DNA from: Octopus vulgaris
Taxonomy: Eukaryota
Direction: 5' to 3'
Assembly (NCBI GenBank): GCA_951406725.2
Contig: OX597815.1
Coordinates: 76,508,001-76,572,000 of the forward strand
DNA: 64,000 nt
A program made the position numbers and the translations under genes. The notes beneath the pieces are model-generated. The model searched no databases, was not told the origin of the DNA, and saw only the letters and a list, made by a program, of their open reading frames with translations. Position 1 is the stretch's first letter. Every line of letters begins with the position of its first letter. Of this stretch, positions 12,407 to 24,339 are shown one piece after another.

Positions 12407-15400
12407 ATATGCAGAACATCGACTAATATCGGGTCAGTCAATTAGATCCACCCTTATATTGTACCAATCTAAAATAACACTACTTGTCTACATCCATAAA
12501 GATATAAGTAGAACAATCGTGGTTTCATGCAATTATAAATTATACATGAGCAACTTATATTTATACTCGACACAGTTATAGGATATAAAATCCGAGAGAA
12601 CTGGAGGTGGACAGTGTCAGTTAATGTTAACCCATAAAAGTTCTTAGATAAAACCAAAACCAACAGTAAGTTGATTTATTATGAGTGGAAAATTCAGCAT
12701 TTCGGACACTCGTGTCCCTTCAGAGAATATACAGAAGTTTTAATACGGCGGTCGTAATTTTGTGATTGTGATATTAAAACGTTAAAATTTTTAACTTCAT
12801 AGTGACAAATTAACCTAGAAATTTTTTTATCTCTGAAGTGTCAAGTGTCATTCGTAAATATTGTGTTGGGAGTTTCCTACAGCTCCATTAGTCCAATTAC
12901 TCTCTTTCTCACACACAGAGAGATATCCTAAGATAAAGGAGTCATAACAGTCAGTATAAGAATTACAATGAAAAAGACAAACAGATACGATGAGAGCAAT
13001 GCCCTGTATATGTGCGACAGTACTTTATTCAAAATATCCTCACCCCTACCGCGTTGGTTAGCTTTCGTACCTTAGAATAAATAGCCCGGCGGTAAAGCAA
13101 GAAGAAAATATCTTTTCTTGTCATATTTATAGTTTGCAGTGGGGCAACGAAATATATTCTCCACGAATTGAGTTCACAACCAGTTTCGATATTAAAATTA
13201 GAAACTATTTCTTTAATGTCACTATTTATTTATTACATTTCTTTCGATTTAGTCGTGGAAGGAAGGGTAGCGACCATGACCATTTTGTTTTTCAGGGTCT
13301 CCGAGGCTGGTGGGAAGAAGGGAGGAAGTTGAGGAAGTTTTCCTCAAACCGAATACTTTCAACAAAATGAATGAACACTGGCAAAGGCAGCAAGCCGAGG
13401 ATCAGCTGGTGGTGGTGATGTTAAACCGGGTGAGAGATTAAAATTTACGACTCAAGAACCCATAGCATAAGCAACCGGAACAAATATCACAAGGTACCTT
13501 GTCCTATGTTCTCACAATTCTGCTGATCCATCACCTTGATCCGGAATTTTATTTTATCGCCCCACCCCACCTCCAAATAAAATTGACCTCCACGGGATTT
13601 GAACTCAGAGCGCAGAGAGCCGGATAAACCTCGCAAGGCATCTCGTTTGATGCTCTTACAATTCTACTAATCCAGCACTCTTAATTGGTACCCGAAAAGA
13701 TAAAGTTGACCTCGGTAGGGTTTGAATTCGTAAGTGCAGAGAACCGGAATAAATACCTCAAACTATTTTGTCCCAGGCTCTAACAGTTTTGTGTCTTTGT
13801 CTCTTCTACCCAATATGTCATAGATCTTGTCTATGTAGGGCATTTGTTATTGTCTGTCAACATTCTCGTAGACATTTCGTTGTCCCAGGCTTTTGTTTAC
13901 TTAATTTTTTAAACTTTCTATCATTTATGTGTTCAGTTAGAAGATATGACGAACAAACTTAAAAGATCTTGTATTTGTTTATTATTTTCTTTCATGTTGA
14001 CACTCCATTTTGAAAATTTAAACAATAGTACAAGTGATCTAAAGAGAGCCATTCATGTGGAATGCAAGCGAGCACTATTACTCTTATTTACAGTGCAATA
14101 ACCTTTTATGAATGACCTCATAATGAAAGATTACTTACATCGGAATCATAACTCAAAGTAGTAAGTTTAAATGAGATTTAATGGGAGAACAGATATAAAG
14201 CCAGACTTCGAAAAGTGTGTACTCATGCGAGAAGTCGTAATAAATAATAAGAGAGTAATATGTCAGTAGAAGAGGGATAAAAAATATAGAATAAAACAGA
14301 GAGGTAGTGGTACTTGTACGTTTTTTATGATGGAGAGAAAAAAATTGTGTCAGTGTAATAACAATGTATTTCAGAGTGAATATGAGAAGTCTGCACACCA
14401 AGAGAAATAAACGAATATGATGTAACGTTCGTGGGACAGATGTACGTATATCAGTACGAAATAGAGTGACAGACAGATAGATAGATAGAAAGAAAGTGAA
14501 AGTGCTGTGTGAACTGAAAATGCGTGTGTGTGTGTGACAGGAACGTTAATGGGACAGACTATGATAAAGAGAACGGGGTTTGCTAACTGTTATGATTACA
14601 TTCAAGGGCTTACTTGAATGGGAGCTAATGCACTGCTGCTGAGAGGTCTCGTGTCCTTTTAGCTGACAAGCTGAAGCGAGAGGGCTACTTTACGCACCCT
14701 TATCCTTTGTGATACTATTTCACGTATTAAAAAACAAACAGTCTTTTAGTTTTTGTATTAAGGTAACACATTAAAGTAAAGAGCTGTTTTCTTTGTGATG
14801 TAACAACATTACACTGCAATATCATCGAAATGTCGATATTGTAGTGTATCGATGACTACTGTTGATTATAAAGTTTAATTATTTTCACATAGGAATCGAA
14901 ACCGGTTCATAGTGATTTTCATCGAGAACTGACATCTCAATAATGTTATATCATACAGAGATCTGTTAGAAAATATTTACAATATTTATGTATGAATAAT
15001 ATTAGCAACGCTGTAACGTTAAGGAGACACTTTTCATTGATAGGAACATTCAATATTAAATATATTAGCAAAAGGTACTTTATTTTGTTTTCATATACAT
15101 TTAACAAGTTGAAATAGCTTCAGAGTAGTATTTTAATTAGAGTAAGTTTCAAAAAAAAAAAAAAAAAAAAGTTACATTTGATTAGAAGAATGAAGTTGAT
15201 GATGAGTTTGTTAATTTATCCGTAAACAAACATCGATTTCCGAGTAAAATATTTTCTGTTAGGGAGAGTAAGAAATGTAGAGATTTCTCAACTTACGGTT
15301 TATCCCATAACTTTTATCTTCCAGCTTGGTTTTCCGAAGTTATTTTTTGAGCAGTGATCACTTCCGATACGGTATGAAAATATTTAGCTGACATAAATGA

Positions 15401-16681
15401 CAGCTCTAACGTTTCATGTGTGTGTGTACGCAAGTACTCGTAACTTGAACATAACTCAAGTTCTTTACAAACATTTCACTTTCAGACACTTTCTTCAATG
15501 GCATGAAGCTCCGCTGTAATAGAAATAGTTCCTAGGTTATCGCGTCAAAGCAACACTTCTGAAGCACCGAAGCTAGTTGAAACGAGTGTTATGTGATATG
15601 AACAGTGAGTAGGATTTAATTTCACTGAATTTTAATGAGTGACATTTTAAATTTAATGAACAAAAATAAAACCGTGCCCGAACACGTGAGTTGTAACATT
15701 GAAAACGTGAGAGTGCGTAGTGATATGCACTTGGTTACAAATAGTGATGCGATCGGACCATAATTGGTATTACAAAACAGGTCAAGGTAGGATTCCTTGG
15801 TGGAAGGTTACATGAATACATTAAGAAAAGAATGAACGACTAAAATGAGTAAGTGGGTAAGATATAGATTGATAAAAGAGAGAAGTGAAACGGAGTGAGG
15901 GAGCGGGTTCAGTGAAACATATAAATACAGAGAGTAGAAGGAATATTAACCTAATACAATATTTTGTTTACATATCGTAAGAACTATGTGAGATGGGGGT
16001 CACTAAGTCAGGATCGACTGCAGTTACGACAAGAATAGCAGCCAAAATTTTGTTTTTAATTTTTAAATTGTGTTTTCTGTTTTTATTTTTAATGTTACGT
16101 ATTAATGTATCTATGAAAAATTAAGAACGACTATCTATTACTTAGAACGCAAAGCTTTCGATTCGAGGGGAGAAAAAATATATCTGTGATCATGCTTAAA
16201 AAGGGATTTAGTGATCTAAGTGAATAGCTTCGATTGAAAATCGAAACTAGATCAACAAACTCTCCACAAAATTCTTTATTAGTTTTACTTGGTATAGTGG
16301 GCGTTCGTGCTGAAATAGATGTATTCGAGTATTTATTTCGAAAACAGATGGGCTAGAAGCCCAGAACAGGATTAATGCATTCTTCAGGTTTAAGTGATGC
16401 AGTTTCGATCCTCGTGGAAAAAAAGAAGAAAAAGAAATAAAATACAATACTTTTTCTCTACTGCTTTAGAAGTAAACCCGAATTTCACAATCCTCGTTCT
16501 CCCTACATTTTTAGCATCTGATCTCAGCTGGATAATTTCCTTTTCGTTTTTCCTGTGTTGTTAAAATAAACACCAGTAAAATAGTATTGAACTAAACGAC
16601 AAAATCCCTTTTGATACTTGACGAAAAGATCTTCATTAACTCACAGCCAAGTCTCTATACATTTAATGCCGTCCTTACCCT

Positions 16682-17085
16682 TGTAGCGTAGCTAGGGGTG
16701 GATGAAGTGGTGGTACGAGTCGTACGGTCTGCTTCGAGCAACGCTTTTATGGGGCAGTACTTTTGGGGCTACTATTTAAGACTGTATAGGCTTGGGGGTC
16801 CGGGTGTTGAACAGATTCAAGGGCTGTTCCGAACGGCGGCCTATCCTAACTGCGTTACTGTCCTATCCATGGTAATATATTATAATTAATGCGCAAGGCG
16901 GGGCAGACGGTACGTCGATCGGTAACCCGGGGGTCCGTGACAATCTACCAGGCCCCTTCCTAAAATAACCCCTTCCCGCACACAAAAACGCAGCTTCTTA
17001 GAATTTTGAGTGAACTTCCCTTTTCCCCGGGACCCGAACGCAGTCTTATCCCGCCACTTGCTGATTTTCTATTAGGGACCCAGGT
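16682..17085. mobile_element. GC-rich degenerate MITE-like relics
   Basis: GC-rich island starting TGTAGCGTAGCTAGGGG with GGGGC/GCCCC motifs typical of hAT-type non-autonomous elements; termini not resolved. Confidence 0.3.
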
Positions 17086-17559
17086 TAAAAAATTCGCTTT
17101 ATGAATACATAAAGAAAGAACAAACCTCGAAGTGAATAAGTAGATGTAGTGTTGAATTGGTTAAAGAGAGCTGGAATAGAGTGAAGGAGAAGGATCATTG
17201 AAATACATAAACACAAGGTGTAAGGTGGGGTGGAGGGAATATCGGAAGAGCCATGGGGTTTTAAGTTCGATCCCAGAGTGCAATACATATATTGAATGAT
17301 TTCTGGTGTAGTCTCGGATTAATCAATATATGCATACGCGCGCGTATGTGCGTGTGCGTGCGTGTCCCGGAGCACACACATGTATGTGTGTGTTTGTCTG
17401 GTGACACGCGAGTCGTAACATCTGGTCGTATTAGAAGGCAACAAAGCCAGGTCTTTCGCATTGTGATTCCTCCGAACAGCAAATCGAAATCGTTTTCTGA
17501 TTAGTCTGTTTGAACGCCGGCCTAATTGAGTGGTCAAAAAAGTCGCTTCGCAACCGTGC

Positions 17560-18105
17560 TCATCGATTCTGAAAGGGTAAAAGGCGAAGTCGAAATTAGT
17601 GGTAAAGACAAACGAAATGCCGCTAAGCATTTTGTTCGGCGTGCTAACGATCCTACCAGCTCGCCGCCAATATAATAATAATAATAATGATAATGATAAT
17701 AATCCTTTCTGCTATAGACACAAGGCCTGAAATTTGGAGGGGAGGAAGGGACCAGTCAATTACATCGACTCCAGTGCGTAACTGGTACTTAATATATCGA
17801 CCCCGAAAGGATGAAAGGCAAAGTCAACCTCTGCGGAATATGAACTCAGAACGCAGCGACGAGCGAAATACCTATTTCTTTATTACCCACAAGGGGCTAA
17901 ACACAGAGGGAACAAACAAGGACAGACATAGGTATTAAGTCGATTACATCGACCCCAGTTCGTAACTGGTACTTAATTTATCGACCCCGAAAGGATGAAA
18001 GGCAAAGTCGACCTCGGCGGAATTTGAACTCACAACGTAACGCAGACGAAATACCGCTAAGCATTTCGCCCGGCGTGCTAACGTTTCTGCCAGCTCGCCG
18101 CCTTC
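17560..18105 (-). mobile_element. Tandem family A SINEs (tRNA-like head, Deu/Nin-like central domain)
   Basis: Minus strand GGCGGCGAGCTGGCAGAAACGTTAGCACGCCGGGCGAAATGCTTAGCGG...GAGTTCAAATTCCGCCGAGGTCGACTTTGCCTTTCATCCTTTCGGGGTCGATAAATTAAGTACCAG, two to three units. Confidence 0.85.
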
Positions 18106-18116
18106 ATAATAACAGC

Positions 18117-18154
<38 letters not shown>

Positions 18155-18156
<2 letters not shown>

Positions 18157-18701
18157 CCCTGATGCAGTACCAGGCAGTGGCTCTCATGGCTTCTGATCTT
18201 AACTGATTGGAAGTGTTATCATGTACATTGTTTTGTCTTGGTATAAAAGATGGGCTACAGCAAATATTCTGCTCAATACCACAGATTTGCTTGTCAGTTG
18301 TTTGACCTTAACCAGTTGAGCATGTCCCTTAGTGGCTGACGATATGTGCATCTCTGATCACGAGCAGAAGTAGTGGTGGAGCATCATAGCCATGTGTTGA
18401 GAGGGATTCTTTGGGGTTTGAATAATTCACCTCTGGAAACATGGGTGTTTCATTCAACATCCTTAAACAACCCTTATTCAGGGACCTTTTGAGCGGGATG
18501 GGCTACTCAACCTGAAGAAAATTCTAACTGGGCCCCACCTGCAAGGTCATGTGCTGTTTATCTTGATATGAGATCACCATGTCGCGCACACATGGTTGTG
18601 ATGCATGTGCCTGGTATCAGACGAGTAGTCATGATGGGTATATTGGGCTTCGTATATTTTACCCCAGTGTCACTTTGATGGCATGAACTGCTCTCTCACT
18701 C
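18155..18701. mobile_element. Non-coding interspersed repeat embedded in (AAT)n; possibly 3' UTR of a microsatellite-targeting LINE
   Basis: Bounded by (AAT)n on both sides; diverged partial copy at about 53300-53465 (GCAAATATTCTGCTCAAT...GAGCATGTCCCTTAGTG...TGTGCATCTCTGATCA). Confidence 0.65.
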
Positions 18702-18728
18702 AATAATAATAATAATAATAATAATAAT

Positions 18729-19737
18729 TCGTTCGTTTATTGGCCACAAGGGCTAACAAAAATCAATTAAAACATAAAGGGACAAAACACAGGACGAAAG
18801 TTACAAAGGGTTTTGTCCGTTTGAAAAAGTCCGTGTACAAAAGCAGGATAACAACGAAATGTAAGTAACAATTAAAACTCCCAATAGGGGGAGGCGCTTC
18901 AAAAGGTTACTCGTGGAAAAACCCACAAAAGCCACGGGAGCCTGGTCAAAAGGGGGGTAGAGAGCCCCTTTCTCCTTTTATATTTCCTTTTAATTTTCAC
19001 AGGTGTATCCTCAGAATTGGTCCGTTCATACTGGCCATTCTTGCACAATTCACCCACCTTTCAATAAACTTTCTACCAGACATCACTTCCCTCTCTACTC
19101 TCATCTTCCTTTTCAAGTGAAACTTGAAAAAGTTGATGAGCCCTTGGCCAAAGAGGAAAGTGTCTGACCTTAGCCTTTTCAAACGGGTCCACCATATCAC
19201 CTCTTTCGCTACAGCCACTAGGCAAAGGAAAACTGCCTTGCCCTCCCGGTTAAAGGAGGTCGGCGGGGCAATCCTCACTATGGATTCAGCTGATAGCCGG
19301 ATCCGTCCTATACGCGACAATAGCTGTTCATCATAAACCATAGTTCAGCAATACTCGAGCACTGGACGGGTGCGTGCAGAACGGTTTCGTCGTCCTGGGC
19401 GCACCTCGGGCAGTCCCGGTGACGGCACTTCCGTGCCGGTAGAGTTTATTCCAAACAGGCACAGCCCCTCGGTAGCACTGCCAAGCGAGGGACCTTTGGA
19501 AATTATCCATTGGCCCCGGCCCGAAAGTTCTCCCGAACAGACTGTTTAGCTCGTTATCGTCAACGCCTAGAGTTTCCCCGAGAACGTCGTCGCACTTTTC
19601 TTCCACTAACCCGCTATAGAACGCTAGAGTGGAACCACTACCGATCACATTGCCCACCTGGTGGAGGGCAGAGAGAGCTTGACGGCACTCGAGGTGCCAA
19701 GCGCCCTTTCTCAGTCTGCGTTTGATCCAAGACTGCA
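18729..19737 (-). mobile_element. 5'-truncated Tx1/L1-clade LINE (ORF2 C-terminus with zf-RVT, 3' UTR, polyA signal)
   Basis: Frameshifted SLAWQCYRGAVPV...CPRCAQDDETVLHAPVQC and AKEVIWWTR...FIERW motifs; 3' end AGCCCTTGTGGCCAATAAACGAACGAA. Confidence 0.85.
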
Positions 19738-20418
19738 TATTATTTCTACTCAAGACACAAGACCTTGAAAATTTTGCAGGGAGGGGACTAGTAGATTTCG
19801 GCAAAGTCAACTTCGGCGGAATTTGAACTCAGAACGTAGCGGCAGACAAAATACCGCTAAGCTTTTCACCCGGTGTGCTAATGATTCTGCCAGCTCACTA
19901 TCTTAATAATAATAATAATAATAATGATAATGTGGCATAGGGGGACGACAAAGAAACATACAGAAAGATAATCAAAATACAAGCACTCAATGGACGCAGA
20001 CATGCTTCATCCTTCATCAGCTTTCGACCAAATTTCATTACAATTTTGACACCTGATTATTTGTTTCAGTGTACTCTTGTATTCCTTCAAAGGAATATAT
20101 GACTGAATATATGATGGAACGGGAGCAGTGTAAACAGTAGACAACTACGCGGCAACAAGTTAAGGATGGACTGGATAGCATTTGATAGACATTTGTCTAA
20201 GTTATTCTAAGTTACGGTGATAAATAGTATTGTTAGGTTCAAAAGATAAAATTTTTAGATGTATGGGTTGAAAGTAAAGATGTAGAGTATTGAGAGAGGA
20301 CGAGGTGTAGAGAAAAAGAGAAAGTGAGAGAAAGAATGAGGAGGAGTGTGATACTATTAGGATCAAGATTTAGCTGTTGGATTAATTCGGTAGAGTTTAG
20401 GGAAGATAGAAACACACC

Positions 20419-20451
<33 letters not shown>

Positions 20452-20761
20452 TGGATTCTCCCGTTCAGCCTTTTCCAAATGACTTGCACTATTGATTTAT
20501 TTACAGCGATCAAATGTATGTGCCGTGCATTAGCTCAGTCCCTCCATCACATCGACGTTGCCTGAACAGATACACGGTGTACCTCGCGTCAGGTGTCGAA
20601 GTGATCGTAATGTGAGATGAAGTGTTTTGCCTAAGAACAAAACGCAACATCCGGCCTAGGAACTGAAACTATGATCTCGCGATTGTGAGTGCAACACTCT
20701 AACCACTAGGCCATACGGTCTAACTCCCTCCCCCCTCTCTCTCTCACACATATATACATAC

Positions 20762-20798
<37 letters not shown>

Positions 20799-20933
20799 AT
20801 ATACGGTGACACGTATAAGACTAGTGATGGTTCTTTCGAATTGTTGGTCCCTCAAATAAATATCTGTAAAGTTATCGGCATTGTACATATTTCAAGTATT
20901 ATGAATTATGATCTCCCCCCCTCGCTCTCTCTT

Positions 20934-20998
<65 letters not shown>

Positions 20999-21015
20999 TT
21001 GTACACACACACATA

Positions 21016-22268
21016 CACGTGAGGTGTTCATTAAAGATTTCCCTTGACCCACTTCCGGTTATTGCTGGAAACGGAACTTGTACAGGTATAATTGCACATG
21101 TCTCTACATGTCACATTGTAAATTGCTGTTTCCCATTAGTATTCGTTTATCTTTTGCAGCTGCTGAAGTGGACAAAGCTATTATAACGGAGGCAGTTGAA
21201 AGCAGATCAGTAATAAGGTTCTTATACTTGAAAGGTCGCATACCAAAAGAGACTTTCGATGAAAATGAAAGAGTTTATGGTGACGATGCACCATCATTCG
21301 ACATATTCAAGCACTGGCATCGCCAGTTCAAATGTAGTCGGACATCGGTAGAAACTGCTCCTATTTCTGGACCATATTCCGCCATTGATGACGACATCAT
21401 CCATAAAGTGGAAGCCGCGATTTTGGAGGATCTCCGCATAACTATTCGGCAAGTAGCCCAACAGGTGACGATAAGTTGTCTGCACGATGGATTCCCTGGA
21501 TGCACACACCTTTTCAGACGCAGGAACGAGTTAGTTGCTCCCAAGCTTTTCTGGCAATGTGCGAAGCAAACGCGGAGAACTTTTTCGACAGACTTATCAC
21601 ACAGGATGAAACATGGGTCCATCACTATGAAGCCGAGACTAAAGTCCAGTCGAAGCCAATGAAGCATGATAACTCTCCACCTCCAAAGAAGGCTCGTGTC
21701 CAGCCCTCAGCAGGCAAGATGATGCTCACAGTCTTTTGAGACCGGCGTGGAGTAGCAATGATGGATTTTCTGGCAAAGGGCACCACAGTTGACAAGGCAT
21801 ATTATGCTTCTCTGTTGCAGGAATTGCGGAACGCCATCGAAGCTGAGAGGCATGGCATGCTGATCAAAGGAGTCTACCTCCTCCAAGACAACTCCTCAGC
21901 TCACAATGCGCATGCTGCCCAGATGAAGCACACTCATGCGGCTATAAAATCCTTCCTCATCCTTGTTACTCTCCCCACCTCGCACCATCTGACTTCCACC
22001 TCTTTCCAAACATGAAGTCTTTTTTGAAGGGAAAGCACTTTTCGGATGATGATGAACTTATTTCCGAGGTAAAGTCTTGACTCCAGATGCAACCTACCGA
22101 CTTTTACAGACACGGTCTTCACAGCTTCATAAAGCGATGGGAGAAGTGTGTCACCATTGGTGGTGACTATGTAGAGAAGGACAAATAATCATATAATTAT
22201 GCCAAGTTTCGCTTATCCCAGTCCTTGGGAAGTGAGTTAGGAGAAATCTTTAATGAACACCCCTCATG
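21016..22268 (+). mobile_element. Full-length degenerate mariner transposon
   Basis: TIRs GGTGTTCATTAAAGATTTC / GAAATCTTTAATGAACACC with TA flanks; frameshifted transposase: HTH (SVIRFLYLKG), ITQDETWVHHY, GKMMLTVF, LLQDN, YSPHLAPSDFHLF. Confidence 0.95.
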
Positions 22269-22408
22269 TATATATATATACACGCGTGCGCATATGCATA
22301 TATGCATACACAAACACACACAACATATAAAAGATCAAATAATAGAGATTTATAAATCCAAGCAGATACTTTGTCAGCACTCAATGGCTATGCAAACTCG
22401 ATTCACTA

Positions 22409-23652
22409 CGAAGGTGGGCTGGAAAGTTTAATGGAGGAGTGAATGCTGACTATGAAGGAGCGGTGCTAGAGCTGTGAAATTATGCATGTATTTATTTCAT
22501 ATCTTATTAATAACTGCATTGTTTCTTTCCAGGTAAACTGACATCTGAATGTTTAAAGAAGACTTCAAAAGTAAATAGTGGCGACTTCTCTTGAAAATGG
22601 ATAAAATGACATCGTGGTGTTATTCACTACTTGCAGAAAAAGAGTTTAGCCCCCAAGTACATTCATGCTGATAAGGTTGCTGCATTAGGAGATGGCGCAC
22701 AAGCTTTAACAGTGGAAAAGTGGGTAGCTGAATTTTGGAGGGGAAGGGAGAGTCTTGAAGACAATCCTAGGTCTGAACGTCCCGCAACTGCCATCACCGA
22801 AGAAAACATTGATCGTTTTCATCACATGGTGTAACAGGCTATTGACTGTAAATCAAATAGTCAATGCTATTAGCATATCTCGTGACGGACGCTTTTGTTT
22901 GGCAAGTACCACGTCTCTTGAAACCTGATCAAAAGCGCACCAGATTGATCACGTTACAAGAAAATCTGACATTGTTTGAAGCAGATCCAGCTGGACGTTT
23001 CCTAAGACAGGATGCGTGATGGGTTCATCACTTTGAGCCAGAGACAAAGAGACAATCCGTGCAGTGGAAACACCCTTCCCCATCTGTTCCAAAGAGGCTA
23101 CGGTCGTTTCATCCGCAGGGAAAATGACAGCTTCAGTTTTATGGGCTGCAAAAGGCATTGTATATATCGATTATCTTCAAAAGGGATACTCCATCAATGG
23201 AGAGTACTATGTCAACTTGCTGAGGCAGTTACGAAAGGCTATCAAGACCAAATACCCAGGAAAACTGACAGAATGGGTCTCGTTTCATCAGGACAATACT
23301 CTAGCACAAAATCCTTGGATCAATGGCTGCTGTGCGTGATTGTGGCTTTGAACCAGTTGATCACCCTCCCTATACTCCAGATTTGGCCCCATCTGACTAT
23401 CAGCTGTTCCCCAGCATGAAAAAAGACATTTGGTTGGGAACCTATATCGCATTGATGATGACGTCATATCTGCTGTTGATGACTTTTTTGCCCAACAGGA
23501 TGAAAGCTTCCTTACCGATGGGATCCGAACACTGCAACATAGACGGAAGAAGTGTGTGGACCGCAAGAGGATTATGTTGAAAAATAAACCTCATTTGTTC
23601 ATATTCCGTGAGAATATCTCGGTCAGCCTATGAACTTCTCAGCTGATTCTCG
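22409..23652 (+). mobile_element. Second degenerate mariner transposon (different family)
   Basis: TA-CGAAGGTGGGCTGGAAAGTTTA ... TGAACTTCTCAGCTGATTCTCG-TA; GRESLEDNPRSERP, SAGKMTASVLW, FHQDN, HPPYTPDLAPSDYQLF. Confidence 0.92.
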
Positions 23653-24339
23653 TATGTTGAACGATCGAAGTTCGTTAAATCTAAATACTGTAATACTCCC
23701 TGTTCAATAAGTAAATCCAAAATTTACTTGAAAGAATTTCGAAAAATTACATAATATCTTAGAAATACATTAACAAGTATGAAGAATAACAAATCTTTAA
23801 TACTTGATTGCATGATACAAAGGCCAACATGTGTTTCATTTACGTAAGCATTTTTAGATATAATAAATAGTATAATACACAAGTCAGTCAATACTGGATC
23901 GATAGTGAAATCATATTTATCCAAAACTTTATGCAAACAATGTTTTTAAGACAACTCACAAAGGCGTGAATTTAATGAAAACTGAGAATTTAGCAACAAT
24001 ACAGGGAAATTACTGAAACCAAAGGGCAGGAATGCAGAAAGATAGAAAGCGAAGATGAAATATGATATGATACGAAAAGTCAGTTTGGTATTTAAATGTA
24101 AAATGACCTCAGAGGACAGTGAATAAATAAACAAATAAAAACACATCGGTTACCTCAGTACATGTAGCTAGATGGCTATTTAGGTCAGCTAAAAATAAAT
24201 TTAAAAGGTAATTAGAGCCAAGTAAATGATATAAAGGAATATTTTAAAAATTAGATACAAAATGATACAGTGATTCAAGATAGTAAAATTATATGCATTG
24301 GTGATATCCTCTTCAAATAGCCTGGTTGCACTAATTACT

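Noticed and set aside
21078-23633. SETMAR-like domesticated transposase gene
   Set aside because: Multiple frameshifts and stops, intact TIR/TA context and no SET domain
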